This document shows positions 24,606-35,720 of a stretch of 64,000 nucleotides of DNA, piece after piece. Where the stretch lies: positions 33,852,001 to 33,916,000 of the forward strand of contig NC_083290.1 of NCBI RefSeq assembly GCF_963506605.1, in the 5' to 3' direction. The notes under the pieces are model-generated. The model saw only the letters and a program-made list of their open reading frames with translations. It was not told the DNA's origin and ran no database searches. The first letter of the stretch is position 1; the number at the start of each line of letters is the position of its first letter. Position numbers and translations under genes: made by a program. The stretch is from Zootoca vivipara. Taxonomy: Eukaryota.

Positions 24606-25053
24606 CAGGGCCAGCACGTCCATTAAGGCGAACTAGGCAGCTGCCTAGGGTGCCAAAATGGAGGGGGCACTGGCCATTCTGCCCGCCTCCTGCCGCCTCC
24701 CGGTGCTGCCTGGGGCTGCCTCCACTGTGCCTCTCAGCTGTTGAGCAGCTTCAGGCCGCTATCCAGAGGCGCGTGGGGAGCGCGGACCTGGGGCCGCCTC
24801 CGCTGAACAGCTGAAAGGCGGGCGAGGCGGCCCCAGGCCCGCGCTCCCCGCGCACCTCTGGATAGCAGCCTGAAGCTGCTCAACAGCTGTTCAGCGGAGG
24901 TGGCCCCAGGCCCACGCTCCCCGCGCGCCTCCAGAGAGCTGCCTGAAGCCGCTGTGTTTGGTGCCCCTTCCGCGCCCCTGATGGCCGGGGTGGGTGGGTG
25001 AGTGCCAGAAGGTGATCTCGCCTAGGGCGCAAAAAACCCTAGCACCGGCCCTG
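24606..25053. mobile_element. GC-rich hAT-like element with internal inverted/tandem repeats
   Basis: TIR CAGGGCCAG...CCGGCCCTG; perfect TSD GGTGGAGA (24598-24605/25054-25061). Confidence 0.85.
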
Positions 25054-25894
25054 GGTGGAGATGAACAGGGGTGGCCTTCTGAATGCAAATGGAAACTTGC
25101 ACGAGGAATCTCTGATGGTGTGCAGCAAACGGATGTGTCTGCGCCCTCCTAGTGTGGATTTTACTGAGCATCTAGATCCCAAAGCCTATGCTGCCGCTGT
25201 GTGTGTCTTTTCTGAGTATAGTATTTTCTGAAGGGGAGTCTGCATCTGCATGCCAGTTGCCGAGAATCTGCTTGGGGGCTTCCCATGGGCATCTGGTTGG
25301 CCACTGTGAGAACGGGGCGGGTATTCAATTAACATGTTCCATCAGCGCAAGGATTTCTGCTTGCGCAACTGAAGAAAACAACACCCCTTCTATGCTCTCC
25401 CCATGCCCTCCTCAGATCTGCCCTGGAGAGTTGGGGAACCTGTTCCTTATTCCTTTTTGTATCACATCTTGTTAGTTGGGAGCCTGCAGGCAGGGACTGC
25501 TTTAGTTTTCCATATATGTACTTTATACCACTTTAGAAGAGTTTAGCAGCAGCAACAATAGCAATTCAAATTAATAATTATCAGAATTGTGGTAAATAGT
25601 AATTGTGAAGTTCGCAACTACGTACTGTAAGGCATACAAAGAACTTCCAACACTTGAGTGCTATATAAATGTTCAGTATTCTCCCCCTCCTCCTCTATGA
25701 TGATATATTCTTCATGTTAAGTGTTACCCATCATGCTGCTTGCTTGAAAGCTTGGATCAGGTCTCAGTCACTTGATGAAAAGAGGCATTTATTTTATGAG
25801 GCCCAAGTCCAGAGGATGAGCACATGTCTTCTGCATGCAAAGGCCCCAGGTTTGCTCATTCTTCCTCTTTCTTTTTGCTTAATAGATAATGGAT

Positions 25895-26030
25895 CAGTCA
25901 GAAGAGCAAGAGACTCTTAATCCCAGGGTTGTGGGTTCAAGTCCCACCTTGGATGAAAGATTGCTGCATTGCTGGGGGGTTAGACTAGATGGTCCTTGTG
26001 GCCCTATCCAACTCTAGAATTATACGATTC
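25895..26030 (+). mobile_element. tRNA-Lys-derived SINE with CR1-like tail
   Basis: GAGACTCTTAATCCCAGGGTTGTGGGTTCAAG head followed by CCAACTCTAGAATTATACGATTCT tail. Confidence 0.7.
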
Positions 26031-27758
26031 TATTATTCTTTCTCCTTTCAGACCAAAATTGTCTCCCAGTCCCTGGCATCTCCCTTGTGAAAAGGACCAG
26101 GTAGTAGGGGATATGCAAGACCCCAGCCCACCCTGTACAAACACATCTGATACCCCAGAGAGCCACTGCCAGTCACACTACTGGGCCACCTAGACCAAAT
26201 GTCTGACCTGGTATACAGCAGCTTCCTATGATTCTATCTTCTCAGAAATGGAATAGCACCAGAATTTGTTGGTGCCTTCCTGTCTGGGGACAGTAAAATC
26301 ATGAACGAAGATTCCCATAACAGAAGAGGGCTCTAATAACTGATAAAGCATGATCTTGGAGGAGCTGGTTTTCATAACCTTCTTCCTGGAACTCCACTCA
26401 TATTAGGAGACGAGATATAAAAACTTCCCTTTTCAGGGCTCTGCCTGCCTCCATCCTGGGCTGAGTGAGATCCAGCAGCTGAGATTAATCTCTTTATTTC
26501 CCCAACCTGCATGGAAGCCCATGTTTATGACCGCTTACAAGCCTAGAGAGGCTCCCTCTCCCCTCTAGAGAGACAGCTTACAAGCCGAGATAGGATGTTA
26601 GGCTAGTTCAGCTTCAGTCTTACCCCTCAGAAGGTGCTTAATTTCTGAAGTGAGGTTGCCTGGATGTTGCACCTTCTGCTCTGCACACAGCACCTTGTCC
26701 CCAATCTCACCTGAGTGGTGGGAGATGACTGTATTTATTCTGTGACTGGGGGAGGGGGGAAGCAGTTTGCACATGCATAAAGGTGCTCTATTCCCTTTGT
26801 GGCTCTTTCACTTGTTACTTGAGTTGAGACAAAGCAATAAAAACAGCTGGGGAACTAGCTGGCACCTCTGTGACACTCCATGCGATGCTGCAGGCAATTA
26901 TGGGGAGGGCAGAAGACAGCGATATCAATTCTGGGGGACTTGGAAATAATTGGAAGCCCATCGACCTCTGGATAACTAGGATAAGCATGGATGAAGTTGT
27001 TGACTTCAGTTTTTCATTTTTCCAATCTTTAAGTTCAGTTTGCTAGGCTTCCTCATCAGTTTGCTTAAAAAAGAAGTCTTTACAAGAATTCATTAGCATT
27101 TCTTCTAATGAACCAATTTTAATGCAATCTAGACAATTTCTGTAAGTAAATTTCCCCAATTCGATGCATATCTGTATGTTATTTTCCCTAATACACATGT
27201 AGTTTTGTGCACTTTCCCCATGAATACTATAGCAATGTGTACATTATTTGCTTGGAGAGCCATGCCACAAAAGTTTTAAGAGAACTGCAAATTTCAAAGT
27301 TGTGTTTCAGGTCATCTATCGTTTTGGGAAATATGAACTAGGCGGTTTTCATTAAAATATGAACTGAACTTCATTTCTCCGCCCCTCCACCCCCACTTCT
27401 GAAGAAGCAATATTTTCTTCATTATTACTTCCTGGAGAAATCCCAGACCTTCCTGAGGGCACAACTGTGTGAGATGATGCTTTCCTACTCTTTCCAGAAC
27501 GCCCCTTGTGGTTTCTATCTTGATTATTTCTCTGTGGGATGTCAATAGCCAGCACAGAGTGGACACCAGCCATAGATGAGGGGCCCGGCCACATCAGACT
27601 GGTAGGAGTCTGGTGTGAATTATGCACTGTGAAGTGAAAGTGGATAGAGATATGTTTTTCTTCCACTCATAATACTAGAACTTGGGCGGCATGTCATCCA
27701 ATGAAAATGATCAGTAAGAGTTTTAGGGCAGGCAAAAGGAAATTCTTCACATGGAACA

Positions 27759-28389
27759 TCACCTATATATATATAATGTAAAAAGGACATGTGGGTGTGT
27801 TTCCACTTTTCACCCAAACCGCTTGACCGATTGAGGTGAAATTTTGACATGCGAATGTCCGAAGGACATAGGAAAGCTTGCTAAGACAGATGTCACACCT
27901 CCGCTAGGTAAAAAACCCCAAAAACCCTGTTCCAGAACGCACCGCTCAGCCAAAAGTGCATGCTGGGAAAAGAACCAGGTTACAAACCAGCGCCCTCTAG
28001 CGGCAGCTACACTGGTACTGCACCTATAAAACCTTCCCTCTCAACAGCACCTTGGCTCCCGTTTACATACTAAGCCGAAGCCTTTACAAGCTAGGCCGAA
28101 TGGAGGTACTGACTCTCCTGGGTGGGGGTTGGGAGGAGGAGGGGACGGGATAGGTCAGGACACGGTGGGACCAGTCACAGGGATGAGCTGGGGGGTGGGG
28201 AGAGAAGGGGGCGTGATGTGTCATGGGTTGGGACAGAGAGAGGGATATCACAGGGATAAGCCGGGGGTAGGGGGAGGAGGGGGGAATCACAGGGGTAAGC
28301 CGGGGTGGGGGTGGGATACATCATGGGTCGGGACAGGGTAGGGGAAATCACAGGGATGAGCCACAGCAACGTGTGGCAGGGCCAGCTAG
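27759..28389 (+). mobile_element. Non-autonomous Helitron
   Basis: 5' TC..CTATATATATATAA start; 3' hairpin GCCACA-gcaacg-TGTGGC (28360-28377) 8 nt before terminal CTAG; no TSD. Confidence 0.75.
27987..28005 (-). promoter_or_regulatory. CTCF-like motif inside the Helitron
   Basis: Minus strand TGCCGCTAGAGGGCGCTGG fits the CTCF core consensus. Confidence 0.6.
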
Positions 28390-30779
28390 AATTGGTTGCC
28401 ACCAGATTCTAGTAGCATAGGGAGCTTCAAATTCAAGGTTAGATCTACCAACCTTTCAAGTTCAAAGGGGGCTTCTCAGAGGCATTTGGTTGGCCACTAT
28501 GGGAAATACCATACAGTATTGGGCTAGATCAGGGGCAGGGGGAGGAATCCTCTGGCCCTCCAGATGTGGCTGGAGTACAGCTCCGTCACCCCAACCATTT
28601 GCCATGCTGGGTGGGATGATGGGAGTTGGAATCTAGAAATATCTGGAAGGCCACAAGTTCCTCACCCCTGGGCTGGACAGACCTTTGGCCTGATCCAAAA
28701 ATGTTTCAATGTCCTTCTGCATCTGCATTGTATGGCGCTCTACAACTCATCCTGAAGGCAACACCTTGACAACTTTTGAGCAATGCCCCTTATTGCACAC
28801 AACCAGTTTCTTTTGCAGAGATGGGGAACCTGTATCTGATATCTGATTACTGGTATCTGATTACTGATACCATACAGCCTGAGTCCATCTTTCCAAAGGG
28901 GGAAGGGTCTCTGTCCTCAACTCCTGCACACCAATACTTGTTCCTAGGCTCCATCTCCTATCATCTCTAATCATTGGTCATGCTGGTTAGGACTGGTGTG
29001 AGCTGGGAGTCCAACAACATCTGTGGGACCAAAGGTTCTCCATTCCTATTCTATACAATGGCACCATTGGTTGAAATAATCTTACTCTCCCTGCTCTTTC
29101 CTAAGACATATTTCAGGTGGATTGCCCCACCCCAAGGTCAATTGCAAGGTAATGGTGGAATCACCTCCATTCCTGCATCGTTAGCGTTGGCAAGCCCCTA
29201 ATTTTCATTCATGTGGGGCTCCAATAAGCCAGGCACCTCGATTTAATGCCGAAATCACTCCTCTTTATACCTGGAGGCTGGTGCTCTCTGTTAATTTAGT
29301 AACAGATTTGCATTTTTATCACTTTCTTGGCTTAACTGATGAACATTAATTCTGTGCAAGTTTCTGCAATTGCTGGATACTTAATTATTTGGCCAAAACC
29401 TTCTGCAGAGAGAATCTTGTGCTATAAAAATGGCCAATTTCCATCTTGATCTATTTTAGTACTTTTCAGAAGAAAAGAAAGCGGGGGGGGGGGGGAGAGA
29501 GAGAGAAAAGAAAGAAAGAAAGAAGCAGGATTGATCCCTGAAGCAGCTCCTGGCCTGCGACTCGGTGGCAGAATAAGAAGAATGGGTGAATAATCTGTCT
29601 GATTTCTTTAGCTGACGAATGTCAGTTCCATTTTTATATTCAAGTCTGTCGACATTGCAACAGATTTCATCTCTGCCATTCGTTCATCAACAGCTATTCT
29701 GTTTCTTTCCATCACTCTTGCAGGCTCCCCCCCCCCAATTTGAAATGGGAAAGGGGGCTGATGGGGGGGGCGGGAGAAAATTTGTGCAGAAACTGTTTTT
29801 CTTTTCGCTCTTCCAGAAGCTGAAAACCTGGGTGATTGGTATTTATCACAAGGCAGGAATCTTAAGTCTGCATTAGATACTGTTACAGAAAGGTACATAA
29901 AAGATGGATATATCATTTGCCAGGGCAAAGCCTGCCGGGCTTCTTCTAAGGGGTTAAAGGTCACATGAACAGTGGCGACACGTTTAAAAAGTAATAGCGT
30001 TGCTTAAAAGAGGATTGATCAAGTGCAGAACTACACCCCTCCCCCCCAAAAAATATATTGAGAGATGGTATCTGCTGACCAAGCGCTGACCTCAGCTTCG
30101 CACAGGCTGAGGCTTGAGTTGAATGGAGTGTATCTTGAGATGGAAGAGAGCAAGGCACTCCACAGGCAGAGGACAGAAGGTGCACAAGGGCCTGAGGCAT
30201 TGTATGTGTGAGAGAGGAGGCTACTTGTCATAACCTGGGAAAATCTTGGTGTTTATATTAAACTGCATCACCTCGAAATGTCCTGATGGCAGGGGAAATG
30301 TTGAAGGGGAGGAGAAGGCTCAGAAATGATGACAATGACGGTAATTTGATTTATTACCCACCCTTTAGCCTGAAGTGCAAGGCCTTCTGAGGATGGAATT
30401 TTTGTATCCTTACATGCTTCTACATGGCACAACCACAGTCATAATAACAAAACAAAAAAGGTGTGTGTGTGTGTGTGTGTCTTGTTTATTGACATTCAAA
30501 TCTTATGTGTGACCATAGGAGAAGGCAGCTGCCAGAGCTTTTTAATTACCTGGGTGGTGATGGGGGTGGGGCAGGGTCCCAGTCCTGCCCTTAATGAGTT
30601 GTTGGACAAGTTAGATGACATTTGCCAGCTTATTAGCCCTTCCCTTGGAGGTGGTTTCTCTTCATCAGAATCACCAGGTCTGCAGGGCAATTGGGTACCT
30701 GCGTCCCGGTTTGATTTGTTTCTGTTTCTGCAAGGACAAAAACGAATTGCTTCATATTACAGGGAAGGTCAGTTTAGGC

Positions 30780-30917
30780 CAGGCATCCCCAGACTTCGGC
30801 CCTCCAGATGTTTTGGACTACAATTCCCATCTTCCCCAACCACTGGCCTGTTAGCTAGGGATCATGGGAGTTGTAGGCCAAAACATCTGGAGGGGGGCTG
30901 CAGTTTGGGGGTGCCTG
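30780..30917 (+). mobile_element. hAT MITE (CAGGCATCCCC family)
   Basis: TIRs and perfect TSD GTTTAGGC. Confidence 0.9.
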
Positions 30918-31937
30918 GTTTAGGCCAAACATTCACCAAGACCTCCCGAACTATACAAGCGACCCATCAAACCAGCTGAGGAAATTGGGGAAACTCTTTT
31001 CTCCTTGCCCCCCAGAAATTTCAAGGGGGGGGGAACAAGTCAGGTGCATAGATGTAGGTTTTGTAAAGCCAATTGGTCATTGCGAGGAGAGCACATTCAT
31101 CTCCCCCTGAGGTATGAATTTAATAAGATGCCTTGTGGTGATCCAGGCTATTGGTCCAGTTTCCTCGGAACTAGCCATACTTGCCGGCAATACAGTAGAA
31201 ACTATCCAGGTCTAAGGCAGAGGTCACTTTTATACCTGGTACCTGATATTCTGTGAAGGGAAAATGCTGAGTGGAAAATACTCAGCGGTGAACTGGACTT
31301 TGAACAGGAAGAAGTTGGGTGGGATCTTTTGCTTTTGAAGTATCCATTACTGGACCCTTCTATCCGCTTTATCCTAACGTAATGTGACTCTGGGCTAGGC
31401 GCTGAAACTCACAGCCAGTAAGGGTGGGTTGGAATCTCTTAACTCCCCACCCCTGGAAGGCCAAATTTGACAGGTGGGTGGGGTTGCCCACTTGCCAATC
31501 ACCTGACATAGTGATGTCAGGTGATGCTGCACCTTGAAAAACTGACTGTAAGGATTTCAAAGAGAAGCATGGGGGCAAACAGGTTTTCTAACATGCCGCT
31601 CTTTGAGCCTTTCAAAACCAGAGGTTGAAAGAGCAGCATGGGGCTGTTTTGTAAACAGGGTTTTCAGCCCAGCACTGAGCTTTGGCTGCATGAGCCTGCT
31701 CCAGTGGAAGAAGGAAACCCCACACACGTCTATTGATTGGCTGGCGAATTTGCTTTTTAAAAATGACCCCATGGTCAAAATTGGACCAAACTCTTCCCCT
31801 CACGTGGTGACAATTTCCAGAGTTCCTTTGGAAGAGGGTTTGACTGTTAAACTAATCAAGGGATTGTAGTTTTATGAGGGGAATTGAGGCCTCCTAACAA
31901 CTCTCAGCACTCAGGATTCTTTGGAGGAAGACATGAC

Positions 31938-32175
31938 CGGAGGCACCAATTTGTGCCAAAGATTAGGGGAGCCAGTGTTGTGTGTGTGACATCACATGCT
32001 TGTTGCACATCACGTGATGTCACGTCACCATGTCTGGAGGAGCTGCGGCAGAGCGGAATGCAGTGCCAGCATGGCTTCAACGGCCGACTGCTCTTCCTCT
32101 CTGGTGCTTGGCCTCCTCCTGCTGTTGCCATTGGGGGGTCCAAAAGAGCTTGGCCCCTAGGACATGGCACCCCTG
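31938..32175. mobile_element. hAT-like element rich in E-box/CRE-like words
   Basis: Right end TGGCACCCCTG; TSD GACATGAC/GCCATGAC. Confidence 0.55.
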
Positions 32176-32444
32176 GCCATGACTACTTAAAGTGGTATGA
32201 AACTGTTTTAACCGTATAGTGCAGATGGTTGCAGCAAAATGAACCATCTGAGAAAATGGGCTCTGGTCCATTTGAAGCTTATGCTATAATACATCTGTTA
32301 AATCTTTATGGTGTCCATAATAATGATAGCTGTCAAAGGCACGGAAGGTCTCTTGCTATCTCCCTGTGATGCTAGAAAGAATGGGATCATAAGGCCTGGA
32401 TCCAGACTAAGTTAGCTGAACTCAGGTTCAACTAATATTGGGCT

Positions 32445-32786
32445 CAGGGGCAGAGGAAGGGGGGGTGCGATGGGGGCAGTTTGCCCTGGGTGTCACCACT
32501 GAGGGGGGTGACAAAATGCCGGGTGGCACTCACTGTGGGGCCTGCAGCGCACCCGAGCCACACATCTCTCTTGGGAGTGACATGGTGGATTGGGCCCACA
32601 GGCTCCACGCTGCCCCAAACTCTCTGCCTGCCGCCTCCCCCTCAGCTGCAGGGTGGCTGAGTGGGAGGAGGCGGGCAGACTCCTCGGAGGCCCCGCAGAG
32701 TGTCCTGCGCCGGCTCGTCCTGCCCCACGGGTGGCTGGCCCCACCCCTGGGCACAAGGCATGCCCGATTGGCTTGCTCCACCGCTG
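32445..32786. mobile_element. GC-rich hAT-like element
   Basis: CAGGGGCAGAG...CTCCACCGCTG; perfect TSD ATTGGGCT (32437-32444/32787-32794). Confidence 0.75.
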
Positions 32787-33163
32787 ATTGGGCTGTGGCC
32801 AACTAACCTCTACAGTAGACCCTTTGAAAATAAAGAACCTAACTGACATGCCTATTAACTTCAGTGGGTCTACTCTAAATAGGACTGGCATTGGATACAA
32901 CCCTTGGTCTGGATCCATGCCATAGCCCTCATGGATATTTTCTTATAATAAGCATATTCCTTTAAAAAGAGTCTTATGACACTGAACAGTCAGAGCATTT
33001 ATTCTGATATACGCAATTGTAAACTGATGAAAAGGACTCTTGTCCTTGAAAGCTTTTTGCACACTGGCCTTTTAAGATGCTTTTTTTGGTATTTGCTTTA
33101 GCAGACTTCATATAACTTCACCTCTAGAATTCGTTTCCCTATTTCTTACATTGGCGGATTGAG

Positions 33164-33165
<2 letters not shown>

Positions 33166-33212
<47 letters not shown>
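33166..33212. repeat. (TG)n microsatellite
   Basis: Direct read. Confidence 0.95.
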
Positions 33213-33215
<3 letters not shown>

Positions 33216-34439
33216 GAAGCTGACATCTCTCAGTGGCTTCCCTAATCCTTGTTCGTGGACTGACGGTGACGGCTTCAGCAGTCCTTTTGCAAGGAACACC
33301 TTTTGCTCCTTGTTTTGCTAACTTAGCACTAAACTGGAAGCATGTTAAATGGAAGGTGCTGCTGCAGGGCTAACCTCTGTAGAGGGTTTAAGTTAGGGTT
33401 CACCAAGCAGGCCCCAAATCTCCAGAATCGACTTTCACATACCTAGATCATGCAAAATAAGGAAGAATCAGTGCCATCGGTTAAAGTGATTTATAAAAGT
33501 ATGAAACGCCCTGTCCTAAGACAAAATGAAGACTATCTCACTTGTGGACTAAAAGAATCTTTCAATATACACAGAGTGCATTTCTTTAATCCATTACAAA
33601 GTTCACAGGCCTGCTCCACATACTGTATCTGGAATCGGAGGGCACGGCTGCCAAATCAAAGGGCATGGCTTGTCATAGCACCTCTCCTTTGCTGCATTAG
33701 GGAATAATAACAACAGCTTTCTCTACTGAATGCTAAGCAGCGCAGCCTGCCGCCTAGACTGGTTGCACCGAATGAGCAAAATAAATCCACCCAATGTCTT
33801 TAGAGACTCTGCACCTACCCAGGGGGAGCAATTTTTTCCAGGCTTCATCCCATGTGTCACTTTTCCTCCACAGGCATACAGTGACATAGGAAAACACCTA
33901 TATACACTGCCATCATTTCATGTAGACGCTCACAGTGAAAAATGGGGGTCAAGTGGAGAGTGGAATTGAGGTCACAGCCATATTTCTCCTATCCATCTCC
34001 ACACCTTCAGCTGAAGATGCGCACAAGGTCTACCCCATGTCTAAGTTGTACACCTGTGGGCTCTCTATGCGCAGTTAGGGACCTTGTTCTGGACATTATA
34101 TTAAAAGTGGATGGTGTATGGACAGGAGAGGGCAGGATCAAGCCTTGCTGCCTTGCTCCCCATGTTTTGGCTTAATGTCTGAATAAACTTGTGTGTGTGC
34201 AAACTGCACATGTGACAAGGACCCTCACTTTTCCAGGGTATCATGAAGAGAAAGCTCAATTATGTGCAAGAATTCTTTAGGTGAACCAGTGGAGGTCAGG
34301 CGCAAGCATAACAGGTGTGATCCTAGTTATCCCCCCCACACGTGCACACTGAACGTCTGGATGGTGAAAGCTCGCTTTCCGCCAGCTTCCAAATTGGTGA
34401 ACTACAAACGGTTCTCTTCATGGGTGAGAGAGGAGCACA

Positions 34440-35720
34440 GCAGCAGAAAACCCTAGTCGGACTCGTCCTCAGGTTCGCACGCAGGGACGTAGGTCAGGGG
34501 CGGACCCTACTGCCGCGTTGCCCCTCCCACACCTCCCTGCGTTTGTTCTAACGCGGGCAGAACACGCACCCTGCCTTCTCACATGACAACGGTGCACGCT
34601 AGCGGAGGCGTTTCCCTTACTTCTCATACACGCGTGTAGCAAGAAGATTACTGTATCAGGCGGGCAACGGAGGACCCCAACGGGTTGTGATTATTTCGCG
34701 CGTCGGAATTGCCCTTGCGCCCCGAGCGGGTTGCAAATTCAAATCGAGTCGCGTTGACTGGCGACTTGATCCGGCGTGAGCCAGCGAGAGCGCTTCCCCC
34801 CTGCCCCTCCGTGGGGCGACAGGGGCGGGGAGCAGCTCGGCAAGCGCGTCCCTCCGGCGTGGCTGCTGGCGCCGTAGCCAAATCTCGCCCGCCCCCCATC
34901 CTGGTTCGACTGCAGCCAACTCCTCTCGACCCGCGCGTTCTCCGGGCGAGGCGGGTCGGCGTCTCTTTCAGCCGCCGCTGGGGGAACCAGCAGCCTGACA
35001 AAGGGGCCGGGGCAGCGGAGTTGAAGCAAGTTCCACGGCGTGGCGGCTTCTCGGCTATCGCGCCCGGGCGAACAGGCACCAGCCAGGCGTCCGGAGCAAC
35101 ATCAGCATCAGCAACGTGCTTGCTCCGCCGGGAGTCGCTCCAGAAGTGCTGCGCTCGCCCGTGAGCAATCGGCGCCTTGGAGTTGCTTTTCCCAAAGTGC
35201 CGGAGCTTGCCTGGATCGCGTGCCTCTCCCTCTCCCCACCCCTCCCCTGCTGAACCCGAGGACCGCCTCCCTTCCCTCTCGCCACGGCTGGGGGCAGGTC
35301 CCCGGAGCCGACCCGCCCCCCTGCTGGGGAGCCGCCGCGAAAAGGATTCCGCTTTCCTCTGCTGGATGCGTCCCTGGAGGAGCTGAGCCATGCGGCGGCG
35401 GCTCCCGCTTTGGCTCCGGAGCTTCCTGTGCTTCTTGCCGGCCTTGGTGGGACCCGCTGCAGGTAAGATGCGCTTCGCAAGCCGGGCGCTTCGCTCCCAG
35501 CGCCTGATCTGAAGATCTCCTGTTAATACTCCCCTCCCCCCTTACACCCCCCCCAAAAAAAAGAGCTCTCGGGAGAGACCGCAGCTCCGGAGCTCCCCGT
35601 CGTCTAAGGGAAAGCGCAGTTTCTGGGCACAGCTGGGCAGGAAAGTAACATTCAGAGGCGCACGATCCGGATGCGTTTGGCTTCCTTTCTTTTGGAGACG
35701 GGTCCCTTGTTGTCCGGGGA
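34440..35720 (+). promoter_or_regulatory. CpG-island promoter and 5'UTR
   Basis: Dense CpG over ~1.3 kb with no TIR/TSD, GC boxes (about 34822, 34888, 35312), E2F-like TTTCGCGC at 34694-34701, encloses first coding exon. Confidence 0.85.
35390..35462 (+). CDS. First coding exon of a secreted or type I membrane protein (signal peptide)
   Basis: GCCATGC Kozak context; MRRRLPLWLRSFLCFLPALVGPAA+G has basic n-region, hydrophobic core, small-residue cleavage end; strong donor CAG|GTAAGA, phase 1. Confidence 0.8.

Noticed and set aside
34648-35507. Several 90-250 aa ORFs over the CpG island
   Set aside because: Low-complexity Arg/Pro/Ala/Gly frames expected from GC content; the 73-nt spliced exon explains the locus better.
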